64,000 nt of DNA from Chrysomallon squamiferum (Eukaryota; Animalia; Mollusca), in the NCBI GenBank assembly GCA_012295275.1, contig CM022678.1, positions 1,736,001 through 1,800,000 of the forward strand, written 5' to 3'. Below are positions 1 through 14,300 of this stretch, in pieces. The translations under genes and the position numbers were made by a program. A model generated the notes under the pieces. The model worked only from the letters and a program-made list of their open reading frames with translations. It did not search any database and was not told the DNA's origin. The first letter of the stretch is position 1; each line of letters opens with the position of its first letter.

Positions 1-127
1 GAACTCTTCAAATGTATATGTTCTGTATGATTAAAGGCCTTAGAAATAATGAAAGAAAGAAAGAAAAAAATCACTGGTGTTTCAAGCATCAGAATCATTC
101 TTTTTCTTGTCAGCAACAGATCTTTGA

Positions 128-235
128 TCAACATGTAGACAATCAACACACAGACATAATCAACACGCAGACATAATCAACACGTAGACATCATCAACAT
201 GCAGACCCAATCAACATCTAGACAAAATCAATATG
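128..235. repeat. 17-nt tandem repeat (TCAACACGCAGACATAA-like), about 6 copies
   Basis: Visible degenerate units. Confidence 0.8.
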
Positions 236-444
236 TTTGTATTATACATTGTAGAAGTATTTTGTCTTCAGGAACACCTGATTCTTGTCACTCATTTCGT
301 ACACAGACTATCAACTCAAACAAGGCATGTTTCTATTTTTTCTCTCAAAAATAGTTATTTAACATCATTAGTCCAAAATAAACTACTCAAAAATAAAAAT
401 AAATAAATAAAATTAAAAAATAAAGAAACAAAGAAATAATAACA

Positions 445-479
<35 letters not shown>

Positions 480-664
480 AATATATAAAAATCTAAGAAC
501 TCAATAAAGAACACAAAGTGTAAGAAATGTTGTGAATTATTATTATAATTTTTGTTTACTTTTATTTCTGTTTTGTCAAGATCAAAGCAATAGTTAGCTG
601 CACTGAATGTTAAAACTGGGCCAGCCATCTTAGGAATGTTGTTATGTGACAATATCAGAATAAG

Positions 665-699
<35 letters not shown>

Positions 700-1324
700 A
701 GAAGAAGAAAGAAATAAATAAAATAACAAATCAATAAATAACAAAAATATAAAAAAAAAAAATAAAAACAATAACATTACATAATAATAAAAAAAAATCA
801 ATAAATCAATAAAGAAACAGAAAACACAAACCAACAATAAAGGATAAAAATAAATTTAAAAATACAAACATTAACCAAATAATATCTTATAATATATACA
901 TAATAAACTAAAAAGAAAAGAAAAAAAAGAAAAGAATTAAAAGAAAATAATTAAAAATAGCAAAAACAATAAACAAATGAACAAATAAACAAACAAGTAA
1001 AGAAACACTAACTAAAAACAATGTTCAAAAACAAAACAAGCAAAAATAATAATAATAATAAATTAAAAAACAAATAAAAAGAAAAGAAAAAAAAAAACAC
1101 AAAATAACATGAGTGTTTTCTACTTTCCTAGTGAAAAAAGACCTCATAGCTAATTTTATTTAATGGTGTTAACATCCTCAATTAAATCTATTCAAATGTT
1201 GTCCTCTTTACAAGCAGCTCTTCAATTTCCTCCAGGAATCTCACCATATCCTTCCCTAGATGAGAAAATTAATTCTGTTTTCTGACACTTAATCATCATT
1301 AAACCCTTCATTTCTCTCTGGCTA

Positions 1325-1955
1325 AAACACAGCTGTAATGGTAAAACAGAACTGTAAAAACAGTACTGTAAAAACAGAACTATAAAAACAGAACTGTAGG
1401 ACAGAACTGTAAGACAGAACTGTAAAAACAGAACTGTAAGACAGAACTGTAAGACAGAACTGTAAAAACAGAACTGTAAAAACAGAACTGTAAAAAGAGA
1501 ACTGTAAGACAGAACTGTAAAAACAGAACTGAAGAATAGATCTGTGAAATACAGAACTGTAAGACAGAACTGTAAAACAGAACTGAAAAACAGAACTGAA
1601 GAATAGATTTGTGAAATGCAGAACTGTAAGAGAGAACTGTAAAACAGAACTGTAAAACAGAACTGAAGAATAGATCTGTGAAATACAGAACTGTAAAACA
1701 GAAGTGCAAAAGTAAACATTGACAGAGAAAAAAAAATAACTGCAAAAGAAAACTAAAAATGAGAACTGTAATACGTAACTGTAATAGAGAAATGTAAAAC
1801 AGAGCTATAAAACAGAGCAATAATACAGAGCCACAATAGTAAAAAAGAAGTGTAATTCAGTGCTGTAACACAGAACTGTAAAAATGTAACTGTAACAGAA
1901 CTGTAAAAATGTAACTGTAAAACAGCTGCAAATTAGAGCTGTAAAACAGAACAAC
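1325..1955. repeat. 13-14-nt minisatellite (CAGAACTGTAAAA)
   Basis: Dozens of units; explains ORFs 1222-1719 and 1380-1820. Confidence 0.9.
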
Positions 1956-2559
1956 TAAAAAAACTTATAAATCAGATTTGTAATTAGAGTACTAACATCT
2001 AAAAGATCTATACTTCTCCTAGAATTGTCTGATATATTTCCCATTCTAGACAGTGTATGATGTGACTGGCTTATCAAGACATCAAGAATGTAAGGCTATA
2101 GTGTAAAAATTTAAGTGTATACAAAATATCTGTCACTGAAAATGTCACCCTTTTACAACTCCAAAGTACTAAGGATTTAAAATGCGTCAGTTGTAAAATA
2201 AAACATTTTTTTGTTTCTATTTTTAATATACATCTGTATGAAAACACAGAATATAAAGCAATATATATTTTAAATATTTTATTTATTTATTTATTTTAGT
2301 TGGTATTTGTTTTATTTTTTTTGATTTTATTGCTTTTTATTTTTTATTTTGTAAAAGGATATTTTAACTGAAACCAACAATTAAAATAATGATAAAGAAA
2401 GGATATAAGTTTAAAAACTGATTATCATAACTATATCAAATCAAAGTATATTTTGATTGTACCAGTAATGATATATAATGATATAAGCATTTACCGAGTA
2501 CTTCATAAGAATGGGTACCAGTTTTTTTACTAAATATTCCCCTTAATGATACAAAAATT

Positions 2560-3200
2560 AACTGAATACAGATTCCAATACTTACTAAGTAATATCAAGT
2601 TATGACCTAGTTCTTATCACTCACTCCTAATACTTATCATGCAATGATCCGAGGATTTATCAACTAATGACAAACTTACCATGTAATGATCCAGTATTTA
2701 CCAAGTATTGCTCCATTTCTTACCACACAATGATCTCAGTTCTTACCATATAATGATCTCAGTTCCCTGTCTTAGCATCTATTTATAATGTAATGATCCA
2801 TTTTTTACCATATTATGATTCAGTTCTTGCCCTGTAGATATTCAGTTCTTATCACACAATGATCCAAGTATTTAGTATGTAATAATCCCAGACTTATCAT
2901 TTAATAATCCTGAATTTACAATGCAATGATCCAGTTCTTGTCACAGTAATAATGACAGAGTAGTTGCCATGTATCTACTTACCAATGAAGTATGCACTGC
3001 TTTCCAAATTATAATATTCTTCCAACCATGTAATAATCACAATACTTACCACTTTGTGATCCAAGCCTTACCAAGTAATGATCCAATCACTTACCAAGTA
3101 ATGATCCATGCACTTACCAAGAAATGATCCAAGTTTAATCATGTAATGAACCAAGCAACTTACAAAGTAATGTCACTAATGATCCTAATAATTACCAAGA
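2560..3200. repeat. Degenerate ~23-24-nt minisatellite (CTTACCAAGTAATGATCCAA)
   Basis: Recurring TAATGATCC/CTTACC core at about 23-nt spacing. Confidence 0.8.
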
Positions 3201-3517
3201 CTAAGACTAATGCTTTACCTCAGTGCTACTGGGGCTGATAAGATTTATATATCGGCAAAAGTGTTGTGATGCACATAAACAGTTTAACCACCATTTCAAC
3301 AGTTTTGATAAAACCTGTTTCCAACGTGAACAGCTACACTGCATCTCCAATGTATTACTACTGATATTTGTAATTAGCTGATAAATTTATTTACATTCCC
3401 TTCTGAGATTCTTAAGTACAAAAAGCAGTTACCAGAATTATTCTGTGTATTTGTATTAATACAGGTGTGATTAGTATAAATATTCAACATACACACACAA
3501 ATATTACATGCACACAG

Positions 3518-3556
<39 letters not shown>

Positions 3557-5866
3557 TATATACATAACCTACCTACATTTATATGTACATACCTATATAT
3601 ATATACACACACATACACACATTACACACACATGATACACACAAAAACAATAATAAACATTTTAACAAAAACAACACACAAATAGAATCATTATTTGTCA
3701 GCAGAATGTGTATGTCTTTAAGTGTTGTTATAGCTACTGAGATTTCTGGACCATTGCTTGTTTTTATCTCTATGTTGCTCTGTTTTATTTAAGCATATAT
3801 ATATATATATAAAATTACAAATATAATTTATATAGATAAAATTACATTCCATGACTCATCACCTGCGTTATTATAATTTTGTTCTTGTGTTTGAAAAAGA
3901 CTACTGATAAAAAAAGTTTTGTATTACAAGTTCTATATGACAAACGACTGTAAAAAGTTTACAATTTACATATCATTATACGTGTGTGTATTTGTAACTA
4001 CTGTGTCTGAATATATGTTTGTTTTAGTTGTTTAAGTATTCGTAACTATTGTGTGTGTATGTGTGTGTGCATATATCTGTGTGTGTGTGCATCACACTAT
4101 GTACTTATATGCAAACCAGTAACTGTAGTTTACACATATTTTATTTTTGTTGAAGTGTTTGTATGTACTGTTTGAGTTTGTGTGTTTGTGTTTGTATGAA
4201 TATGTAGTTACAACTAATACTTGTTTCAACCTATCTATAGTTTGTTGTTGTTGTTGTTGTTCAGGACTGCAGTGCATATCACTAAGCAAACTTCATACAT
4301 CACTATATTCAGTTCTCAATATATCACAAATTTTTTACTATTTGATATTTCTGAGAACAAATTTGTCCTTGGTTATCCTTAACTATTCAAATTCAGCTGC
4401 TTTGTTCCCATAATTAAATATGGTGGCAATCTCTCTATGTTTAATGTCAATATCAGTGTCACAACATTTGTGTTTTTACAACGAGAATATTCCTTTGAAA
4501 TAAGTATTTCCTTTTGCTTCTGTTTATTTTTATTTATTTATTTTTCAACTTTATTAATATGCTAATTAGCAACTTGTTTCAAGATCCAAATGAATGTTGT
4601 TACATGTTATAGATCTATGTTTTAAGTTTTGATATGATTCCTTTATTAATTTGTTTATAACAAAAGAAAATTGTCAGTCGAAATGAATTTAAGAGGTAAT
4701 AATGTCTCTAATATTGAAATGAATTAACTGAATGGTAATAAAACATTTTTAAAGCAATATGTTCATTGATATGTATTTACCTTATTAAATATGGAAACGT
4801 ATATAAATTAATGTCAATGTAGCTGATCATTTATGCTTACTATTCTTACTATATACTAGAATATATCTGTATCTTTTTATCTATCTGTATAGATATATAG
4901 ATAAACAGACAGATAGATAAATACACAAAATTAATAAAAATGTTTTGTTAATTTTTTACATTTACAGATTTTTGTCTTATAGCTTTAAATGATAATAAAA
5001 AAAAAAAAATAAAAAAAAAAAAGAAAACAGCTGTTTCAAAATTAACATTCTAAATCTTTAATCTGTTTAAATAAAATTATTTAAATTTTTAATTTTATTT
5101 TCAGAAATACAAATATACAGGCAGTATATCATGGAGTTCACGGCAAAGATGTTGTCACCATATTTTACTGTGCATAGAGTAAGCAAGACAATATTGTCAG
5201 AAATAAACTTGGTGAATACAGTGGATGCACCGTCCACTCCAGTGAATACAGTTACTGACTGGATGTGTACGAGAAACTCCCAAGTCTTGTTTTCTGCTGT
5301 TACTTATCATAATTTACAATTACATATCTGCAAATGCATCACCTTTCTGAGGCAGATTTAAAATTATATTCAAATAACTTTTAGCCTGTGAAGGTCTAAA
5401 TATATAGTGAATGTTTTATATGAAAAGAATAATAAATAAATAAGAAAATAAAATAAAATAAAATAAAGAGAGGCAGAGACTGAGAGAGCACTGTTTGAAT
5501 AAAATTAAGAAAATTAATGCTGATAAGTACTCTGGAACGCCAGTTATATTATATTATGTACATCTTTCCATACATCTCATCCACCCACTTGAGAACGCTG
5601 CACCAATGATGTAATGTTAAGCTGACTTTATTGATCATTTATTTTAACATTTATCAATCAGTCAAATACCTACGGAAAATACGTATTATGTAATTTACAA
5701 TTAACCTTTAAAATAAAATTATATATTTAAATAAAATTGCACGATATTAAAACTGGAATCTAAGAACACGATTAATTACTTCAATGACAATTCATTCATA
5801 ACAATGAGTCAATGACATCACTGCCATCAATTGACTGACACTGTGATCGTCTGTCAGTTTCCTTAC

Positions 5867-5921
5867 CTCTGCGATTCATCGGGCGAACCCGTACGGCAAC
5901 TTTAACTTTATCCGATGACAT
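5867..5921 (-). CDS. KIF13: Kinesin-3 (KIF13A/KIF13B/Khc-73 type) first coding exon; rest of gene lies left of the window
   Basis: Reverse strand reads ATG TCA TCG GAT AAA GTT AAA GTT GCC GTA CGG GTT CGC CCG ATG AAT CGC AGA G|gtaagg = MSSDKVKVAVRVRPMNRR(E), the KIF13-type motor N-terminus (KVKVAVRVRPMNRRE), followed by a strong donor. Too short for the ORF track. No exon 2 recognised in 1-5866. Confidence 0.88.
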
Positions 5922-5929
5922 ATTCGTAG

Positions 5930-6150
5930 AATAATTTTATCAGTAAATAAACCAAAGTATTTCCTTAGCTAGCCATCAGTATTTCCAGTTTCCGTATCCA
6001 AGGACACATTTCTTATTGATACTTCTTGCGTTAACACCTTGCACATCACAACATAGTCGCCATTTTCAATATTTTATCAATGCAGCATCCGGGCCTTCAG
6101 TGAATCATCTTCCGGTTAGGATCGCGTGTGGCTGTGGAGGGAAATTCAAA
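5930..6150. promoter_or_regulatory. Probable KIF13 promoter/5'UTR, possibly shared with the divergent polycystin-like gene
   Basis: CpG-containing unique island upstream of the KIF13 ATG with YY1-type CGCCATTTT (6058-6066) and ETS-type CTTCCGG (~6108-6115) motifs. Confidence 0.5.
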
Positions 6151-6434
6151 CTGCAAAATAAAATTTAATCTTCAGTATATAATGTTATTTAAAAATAATT
6201 ATCCAGATATTTGTTTGATTTTTCTTAGTTAGTCATTTGTCATACATCGTAAAATAAATAAATATATTATCATATATCGTTAATTTAAGTTATCAAACTT
6301 TATGTTTTTATCTATGTGTTTTAATTTCATTTCGAACTTTTGTAATGTCTCTTCATAAATAAAATATCCCATATGAAGTAAACTTTGTGTTGAATTATGC
6401 ACTAATTAGCTCGCTCTCTCTCTCTGTATGTCTG

Positions 6435-6541
<107 letters not shown>

Positions 6542-6777
6542 ATATGAAGGATCTTGATTTTTTCTATTAAAACCCCATAATAAATCTGATAGAAGGTGGA
6601 TAGAAATACTCTTTTAATCATTTTCTTCTTTCTTATTTTTTCTTTGACACTTTTGTACGTTTCTGAATGTTCACTAAGCTTTATGTTTATGTGAATTACC
6701 TTCTTTGTTCTTTTACTGCTCCTTTTATAATTAAGTTTTTCTACTGTTGTTGTTTTATTATTAGTATTTCCTTGTTT

Positions 6778-6810
<33 letters not shown>

Positions 6811-6893
6811 ATGATATGTAAATTGTAAACTTTTTACAGTTGTTTGTCATTGAGAACTTGTAATATAAAACTTTTTTTATCAGTAGTCTTTTT

Positions 6894-6924
<31 letters not shown>

Positions 6925-7010
6925 TCTGCTACAGTGCAACTAAAAAAGGTACTGCTTACTGACATAAGACTGTCGGAGTTATTTCCCTTAGAAGCTGATA
7001 GACCAAAGGG

Positions 7011-7059
<49 letters not shown>

Positions 7060-7189
7060 CTTACTGTTATCATTATTATTATTAGTAGTAGTAGTATACT
7101 AGTCGTAGTCGTAACAGTAATAGTAGTAGTGGTAGTAAAAGCAGTATGTAAATGACGCAGTTAAATCTACATTTTTTTGTTGCCGTATT

Positions 7190-7220
<31 letters not shown>

Positions 7221-8468
7221 TTATTTATATTAATTTATTTACTGGTATATTTGTTTTTCTGTCTCTCTCCATTATATTTATATGAACACATTTTACTGCG
7301 ATCAAATGTCTTATACCTTCATTCAAGCTGATGCAAAAATAAATAAATAAATAAACAAAAATATTACTGTGAAAATATTTCAAAATCAAATCAGATTTGA
7401 ATATTATGATGTAATTATATGTAAAATAAATATTTATAAAGAATAATAATTGTGAAAATAACAACTGAGAGAACATTTGTTTAACGACATCTCAACAGAT
7501 TAAATTGTGATCTAAAAAAAAAGAAATCATATAAGCACATTTAACTGGACATTTGTCAAGAATTGTTTATCACTATCTTTCTTGTATGCCAACCAGGGCA
7601 AAATATAATACTGTTTTAGATATAAATTATTAAGTGGAATTTATATAACTGTCATTTCGTTTATTGAACGTATATTTCGATCTAAAAGACGTTTCTACGC
7701 AGACGCACACGCACACACAGTCACCCATATTCGCAGATGCATGAAAGAACACAAGTCAAATGAATAGATAGGAAAACGACAAACCATACATTATCTGGCT
7801 GGTACACTGCAAATTTAATATACGTAATTACATAAATATGGGACGATATAGCGAGAGGCGAATTATCTTGGTTCGAAATAGCTTGGCATTCAAAATTTTA
7901 GCAGACAGAAATGTGAAGTGAAAATTAATATGTGATTTTAATAATTTATTTTATTTTAGTGAAAACTGCATAACTGTGGATGTACAACGATATGAAAAAA
8001 ATGTATAGTACATATTTAAATTTTAATAAATTCAAAGGAAATTTAGATTTTGAGCTAGAAGGAGAGAAAACGGCTATCATCGTTCTGTATGTTAAACATA
8101 TGACGCTCAAAATTTAATATTTACCGGTCAAGTAGATTCTTGACTCCTAAACGGTATAGTCCGTCAGTTTTTATTGCTAATTAAAAGAAGAAGAAGAAGA
8201 AATTTCCAAAGCTTGTCTGTGTCTTATTCCTTTTTATTGTTATTGCTATATTTATTCTACTAAAGAATTGCAATCGTCATTATTGTTGTTGTTGGACTAT
8301 TATTATTATAAATAAACAGGTGAACAAATAAACTGATAAATATATGTAAACTAAATATAAATTAAAAAGTTGTAATAATTTAAATAAAACCAAAATATTG
8401 GCTGGGTGATGTATTCTTTTCTTTCAGATGATGTGACAGCAAAATGCTGAGCAGACAGACAGAAAGAG

Positions 8469-8588
8469 ATGATAAATATTTTGCCAACAATATATATAAA
8501 GAGTCCTTTTATGCTTTATGCTGGTGGTTTGTTTGGAATAGTCTTCTTAGTATCTCTCATTATCATTTTCTCAATGAGAAGGAAATGT
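8469..8588 (+). CDS. Polycystin-1-like (PKD1L/PKDREJ-family derivative) coding exon 1: TM1
   Basis: MINILPTIYIKSPFMLYAGGLFGIVFLVSLIIIFSMRRKC|gtaaga, hydrophobic helix followed by RRK. Acceptor tttcag at 8427; the segment 8428-8450 has stops in all three frames, so ATG 8469 is the likely start. Confidence 0.7.
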
Positions 8589-8785
8589 GTAAGACAATTT
8601 TCTTTAAGTAATATATATATATATATATATATTATTTTTTTTTTAAATTTCTTCTGTCAATAAAGTGTGTGAGTGTGTATATATATTTTTTTTTTTTGAC
8701 ATAAAATTAAGCATTTCAAAGAATATTAAAACGAAAAATCTAAGGAGCATATTTTATGAAAATGATGTGTGTTTTCTTATTTTAG

Positions 8786-8870
8786 CCTGTTGTTGTTCCA
8801 CTCACAAACCCACCAAGTGGAGAAAGGTTTTATGAATATATTGTCTCCATCCAGACTTCACTGCTTCCAT
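8786..8870 (+). CDS. Polycystin-1-like exon 2: start of PLAT/LH2 domain
   Basis: tttag|PVVVPLTNPPSGERFYEYIVSIQTSLLP(t)|gtaagc; YEYIVSIQT matches the first PLAT strand (YxxxVxTG) that follows TM1 in polycystin-1 proteins; phase 0 to 1. Confidence 0.8.
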
Positions 8871-9069
8871 GTAAGCAAACAGTTTCATTTCAGATTGGTT
8901 CTCTCCATATTTCCATGACAACCCAGTAACATAAATGCTTACTGCACTTTGTTGTTTTAAAAAATATGAAAATACATCAGAATGAATTTACTGAATACAT
9001 TTTATAAACAGATTTTTGTTTAAATTTTATTTTTTATTTCTTTAAATTTGTTTATTTTTATTTGATTAG

Positions 9070-9216
9070 ATTCTGGATTGTCACCAGCTGCCAAGGTGCA
9101 CATAAAGTTGATTGGTGAATTTCATGATTCTTCAGTTTTCTTGCTGAAGAAGAACAAAATAACCCAAGACATTCTACACAGAGGTGCACTGGATATGTTT
9201 GTCATACATACAAAAA
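9070..9216 (+). CDS. Polycystin-1-like exon 3: PLAT domain
   Basis: attag|(Y)SGLSPAAKVHIKLIGEFHDSSVFLLKKNKITQDILHRGALDMFVIHTK|gtaaga; matches PLAT motifs AxVxIxLxG and RGxxDxF; phase 1 to 1. Confidence 0.85.
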
Positions 9217-9677
9217 GTAAGAATCACAAATTTTATTGTTCATTCAGAAATATATTATTTTAATGCTTATCAACCATGCACCAAACTCTTTGATAGGAGT
9301 AAGACATTTTATATTTAGTTAGTAATATAAGTAAAAAAAATAAAAAATTTTGCTCTGAAAGTAACAAATTTTATGCTTTATTATTAGCATAGAAATAATG
9401 TTTATATTTGTTATTAAAAAAAAACAACAGAAAAAACAACAACTATATTTTATCATTATCACATAAAAATGTATATATTTAAAAAAATGTTGTTTTTATC
9501 ACTAAAAAAGAAATGTGAAATTTAAAATTATAATTCAAAAATAAAAACTTGTACCATCTATCACTAGCACAAGAACAGACATAAATTTTATCCAAAAAGT
9601 ATGAAGTCCAGTTTTTAACATGATAATGATAATGATAATGAAATAATTTGATATGAGATTTTGATATTATTATTATA

Positions 9678-9731
<54 letters not shown>

Positions 9732-10050
9732 TTTTTTTTTTTTTTGCTTTGATAGTTATTGTAGGGAATTTTTTCCCTCCATTTTATTGTTAGGATTTTT
9801 TTCCTCTATTTTAATTTATTTTTTTTCATAAATAAAAAAATATATATATTTTGTTAATTTTTCATGCTGCATAAATTTGTCATTCATATAAAAATTGTGT
9901 GTTATTGAAACAGGTAATTTTTTGTTTATCAGTAAAGCTTTATTGTGTTGCTATTTAAGTTTCATCATTCTAAATGACATTTTTAGTTTACATAGTCTGA
10001 CTGTAGTACCTGGTTTACTGAGGTTTGTTTAAGTAAATTGGTTTTTTCAG

Positions 10051-10111
10051 ATGATCTTGGAAATATCACTGCCATCAGTGTGGATATTAGCTCTAACAGA
10101 AATGACATTTG
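10051..10111 (+). CDS. Polycystin-1-like exon 4: PLAT domain
   Basis: ttttcag|(N)DLGNITAISVDISSNRNDI(W)|gtgaga; matches PLAT DLGxIxxIxV...W; phase 1 to 2. Confidence 0.85.
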
Positions 10112-10703
10112 GTGAGATAAATCTGAATTAAAAATTATATTTTTTAGTTTATAATTTATTAAATAATTTGTTTTAGTTATTTGCTTATTTATTTTTATTA
10201 TTTTTGATATTTACTACCGTCATTTTATTTATTTATTTATTTATTTATTTTATCTCCTTTTTTGGTGGTTTTTTTTTTTTTTTTATTTTACTTTTTTCTA
10301 ATATCCTGGACTATAATTCGGGCTAAAGACTGTTTTGAGGTCATGAGATCCACAAGAACAAAGAAGTTCAAAGGTTGTGACTCTGCAACAAAAACATGTA
10401 TGCTAAGAAGCCCACTTGTTGCTGAGATACTGACATCTAAACACATCCATTTTGACCCAGTGTAAAATTCTGAATGTTCATATTTCCAAAAGGATTGTTT
10501 GAAGGTAAAATTTGACATTTGGGCAGTTGAGAGAAAACAAAGATGTAAACCAATTTGTAACAGAATGTGAATTGTTCGGATTACAACTTTCCATTTTATT
10601 GGGTGAACTTGACTTGGAATGACAACAATGTATTTTGAAGTATTTGTTGTTCTTTTTCTTCATTTCACTGAAATTCATGTTTTTTTTTTTTTTTTTTTTT
10701 CAG

Positions 10704-10844
10704 GCGACCTGCAATAATCAGTGTGTTCAAGCCAATTACAAATAGTTGTTGGATATCATGGAAGCCTGATGTTATCATGTGCAAAGCAAGGCTAAGAAAG
10801 ATAATCCGTTTGGAGCATTATTATTCGAAAATGAAAACTGGCAG
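10704..10844 (+). CDS. Polycystin-1-like exon 5: end of PLAT domain
   Basis: poly-T cag|(W)RPAIISVFKPITNSCWISWKPDVIMCKARLRKIIRLEHYYSKMKTG(R)|gtctgt; phase 2 to 2 fits both neighbours. Confidence 0.75.
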
Positions 10845-11380
10845 GTCTGTACAAAGATTTTTTTCTTTTTTGCCATTTCATCACATTGTTTCAGTAAGTG
10901 CAGTTAGCAGTCCATAGTGTCCACAGTATATTCACAGTCCACATTCAGATATCAAAAATATTTGTACCAAAGATGTCAAACATGATTTTTTTTTTTTTTA
11001 AGTTCATTTTGTCCACAAGCAAATGTATCCAAACAGACCATATGTACACATGAAAATTTACTTTTTTGTATTCCTACTTTCCACTATTCAGTGTCAAACC
11101 TGACTTTTGAGTATTTATACATTCCATAAATTGATGTCAGATATGACTTGTTTTAACTCATACAGTACACTATTAAATATCAATCATTACATTTGTTTGT
11201 TGTCCTTTTTTTTTTTTAAATAAAATGTTTCATTATCATTTAAACATCATTTTTGTTAATCTTTAATTTAAAAAAAAAAAAAAAAAAAATAAAAACCAAC
11301 AACAACTAATGATTTTAAGCAGACTTATAATGTTCTCAAATAAGATATTTTCAATGTCTTAAATAATTATTTCTTTGTAG

Positions 11381-14300
11381 GAACTTCTGGACTGATTACT
11401 TGATATTTGTTGGAGTGAAACATCTTCTGTTGTCACATTTTATAACTAGCGTCCGGTTTGGTACTGTTTCGTCTCCTGTGTTTCTTCTTCTCTTTTACTT
11501 CTTGTTGGCTGGGATCTTCACAGCCACTCTCATCGTCTACGTGTACAACCAAGACCTGCTGATACCTGACGACCAGCAGACATTTAACATAAACAGTTTC
11601 GAGTGGCGAAGCATCGATTTAGGATTACTCATTTCAGTCGCATCTTCGTGGTTCATGGAAGCCTTGATTCGCAACATCAAACCGACCAGACTGAAGCCTG
11701 GCTTTATCTTCAGAGGACTGCAAGACATCAAGCTCTACGACAACTTGCAGAGGCTGAGGAAGATTGAGGAAGAAGAGCAAATGACGGTGCCTCCTGAAAT
11801 AACGGGCTGCACGTCTTACCTGTCCAGACTGGACCTTCCGCCCGAAGGCGACATGAATGAATTTGTAAGGAAACTGGTGAACGATGTCGGTTCTAACCTC
11901 TCAGACTGTATAGAAAAAAGGAGGGACAGAGCAGAAATGGTGGCAGTTTTGGAAAAATGGAATCGCTGGCTTGAAATAAGACTGATGACGGAAATTAAAG
12001 ACATGCTTAGCAAAGACAGAGGAAATTTTCCCAGCTATGGCAACTCTACTTGGGCTTCAGCAGGGCCTAGCAGGGAAGAGCTTGCTAAAGAACAAGCTGC
12101 AAGAGATAAAGCTGCCAAGGAACAAGCTGCAAGAGAACAGGCTGCAAGAGAAAAAGCTGCAAGAGAACAAGCAGGAAGAGAACAAGCTGCAAGAGATAAA
12201 GCTGCAAGAGAACAAGCTGCAAGAGAACAAGCTGCAATAGAACAAGCTGCCAGAGAACAAGCTGCCAGAGAAGAGGCTGCCATGTCTAATGCTGATCTAG
12301 AAACTCTTAAGCCTGCAACCTCAAAAACATCAGCTAAGAAAGAAGTACGCTTCAAATTTACAGATCCCAATGATAAAAAAAAAGGTATTGTTGTTTGTCA
12401 GGATTGTGACTGTCCATTCTGCACTCAGGTGAAGATGAGGATTAAGAGAGACTGTTGTTTTCTGCTTGACATTGTCACCAGAGCCGTCCTCAAGCGATGT
12501 AAGGATGCACTGGTAAAAGGGAAAAAAGATCAGAACTATGAGTTGCAGGTGAATGAAGACGTGGATGCAGTGAAGACCGTTTGTACATATGTTATAGAAA
12601 AACTTCAGTGTTCTGAGCACGTTAGGCACTACAATATTGATCTGAAGGATCTTCCAATCCCAAAGAAAGAAAACAGTCAGATATGTGAACATGTGAAAAA
12701 GAAGTACTGGGATCAGAAGAAACCAGAAATGCTGGCTCACGTTTACGTGAATGGAGTTATTGCTCACGCCACTGAGACGATACAGAGAAAACTTAACAAC
12801 GAACTGATTTCGTTACCCACGAGAAAATTGCACGGCTCCAGGAAAGTGAATTTTGATTCGGATGATTTTGCCGAGTGTCTCTTGGATGACATTTTCATCA
12901 AGATCACGTCATTTCTGTACCAGCAGCAAGAAGGTCAGCTGAACACCGCCGATCTGGTGAAGACTTTAGACCGGTGGCTGGAACAGCTGGAAAAGAGTAA
13001 TTTTGATCTGGTCAATCAGACGATGCTGCCAGAGAGGAAGTGCATCTCGGCCATCTCGCAAGACAGCGGCGACGAGAGCAACCCGATCTACCACCACACA
13101 CTCCCACTCGTGTTTTACAAGCTGACGGAGAATCTCACCGTTGTCAACGCAGCCACGATAGCCGAGAGTAACTTCCACGGAGACGAGTTCTGTCTGTGTC
13201 AGTCGGGCCCACCTGCTCTCACTGCCAGCCACGTGGACGTCGACTCGTCCAAGGACGAATCGATCACGGCGGTGGATGCTTCCACTGAGGTGATCAAACA
13301 TTCGGCAGAGTCTCGTATGTGTAACTGTCGCCACTGCCAGCAGGTCAAAGTGAGGATACGACGAGACTGCACGTTCCTCCTGGTCATGGTCATCAAGGCC
13401 GTGATGAGAGCCTGTCACAAGTGTCTGCTGCAGTACAACAGGAAAAGTGAAAGGTACATCATGCGAATATCTCAGACTGTCAGTTCTCTGGAATCCACCT
13501 GTTCAGCTTTGATTGAACAGCTCCAGTGTTCCAATAACTACCAGGATATCACCCCCAAGAGTCGCTGCTGCGGGAAGATGGATGAGTCGCTGAGTCCAGA
13601 TAAAGCTGAAAAGCTGGCTCACGTTTTCATTCACGGTGTTGTGTCTGTGATAATCATCAGAATCCACAGGGAGATAATTGATGAACTTGATTCACTGTCT
13701 CCTTGTGAAGAAAATCAGCCGAAAGGTCTTAATGGGAATTTTTCCGAAGATTTTGTCTACGATTTGTACGCCATTATTTCAGGCTTTCTGTATCAGCAGT
13801 TTAAAGGAACTTTCAGAGCTGAATCTGCTATGGAGACGATAAACCGTTGGCAGCGATTGTTGGAAATAGAAGTTCTAAAGCAGCTAGGTCATGATTTAAC
13901 TCTGTCAGAGTTTAGAGTGAGTCTCCACAGTCCAGTTAAATCTGAGAAGAAAGCTGTAAAGAAAGAAGAAAAGCCAGTTGAGAAGAAATCGCAGTGTGAA
14001 CTGTTGAAGCATGATGCGCACTGCGGGTGTGAGTACTGCACTGACGTCAAGAACAAGCTCTTCAAAAACTCCATAATGATCCTGCAGCAGGTGTTGAAGG
14101 ACGACAACAAGAGTGTGCGGGAGAAGAACTTCGACAAGCAGTTCTTACCCATTGTGAACCGCACTGCGGACAGCATGACGGGAGTCTGTGTTGACGTCAT
14201 CACCTGGCTGAGGACACTGGGTCATCAGAGTAAAGGCAAGGAGGACTTTCACTTCCCAGGGTGGGATTCGTTGGATATAATATCCAAACTTCCCGCTGAA

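Noticed and set aside
413-4413. Short ORFs in KIF13 intron 1 (e.g. 1222-1719, 1380-1820, 3467-3685)
   Set aside because: Translations of minisatellites and microsatellites; no kinesin exon 2 sequence found.
5105-5361. Plus-strand exon-like segment (tttcag...gtaagc) and ORF 5131-5361 as an upstream GAIN/GPS exon
   Set aside because: No GPS motif and no open-frame connection into the TM1 exon.
7838-8090. Small ORF/exon-like pieces upstream of the polycystin-like gene
   Set aside because: Weak splice sites, implausibly short introns, and stops in all frames after the 8427 acceptor; at most 5'UTR.
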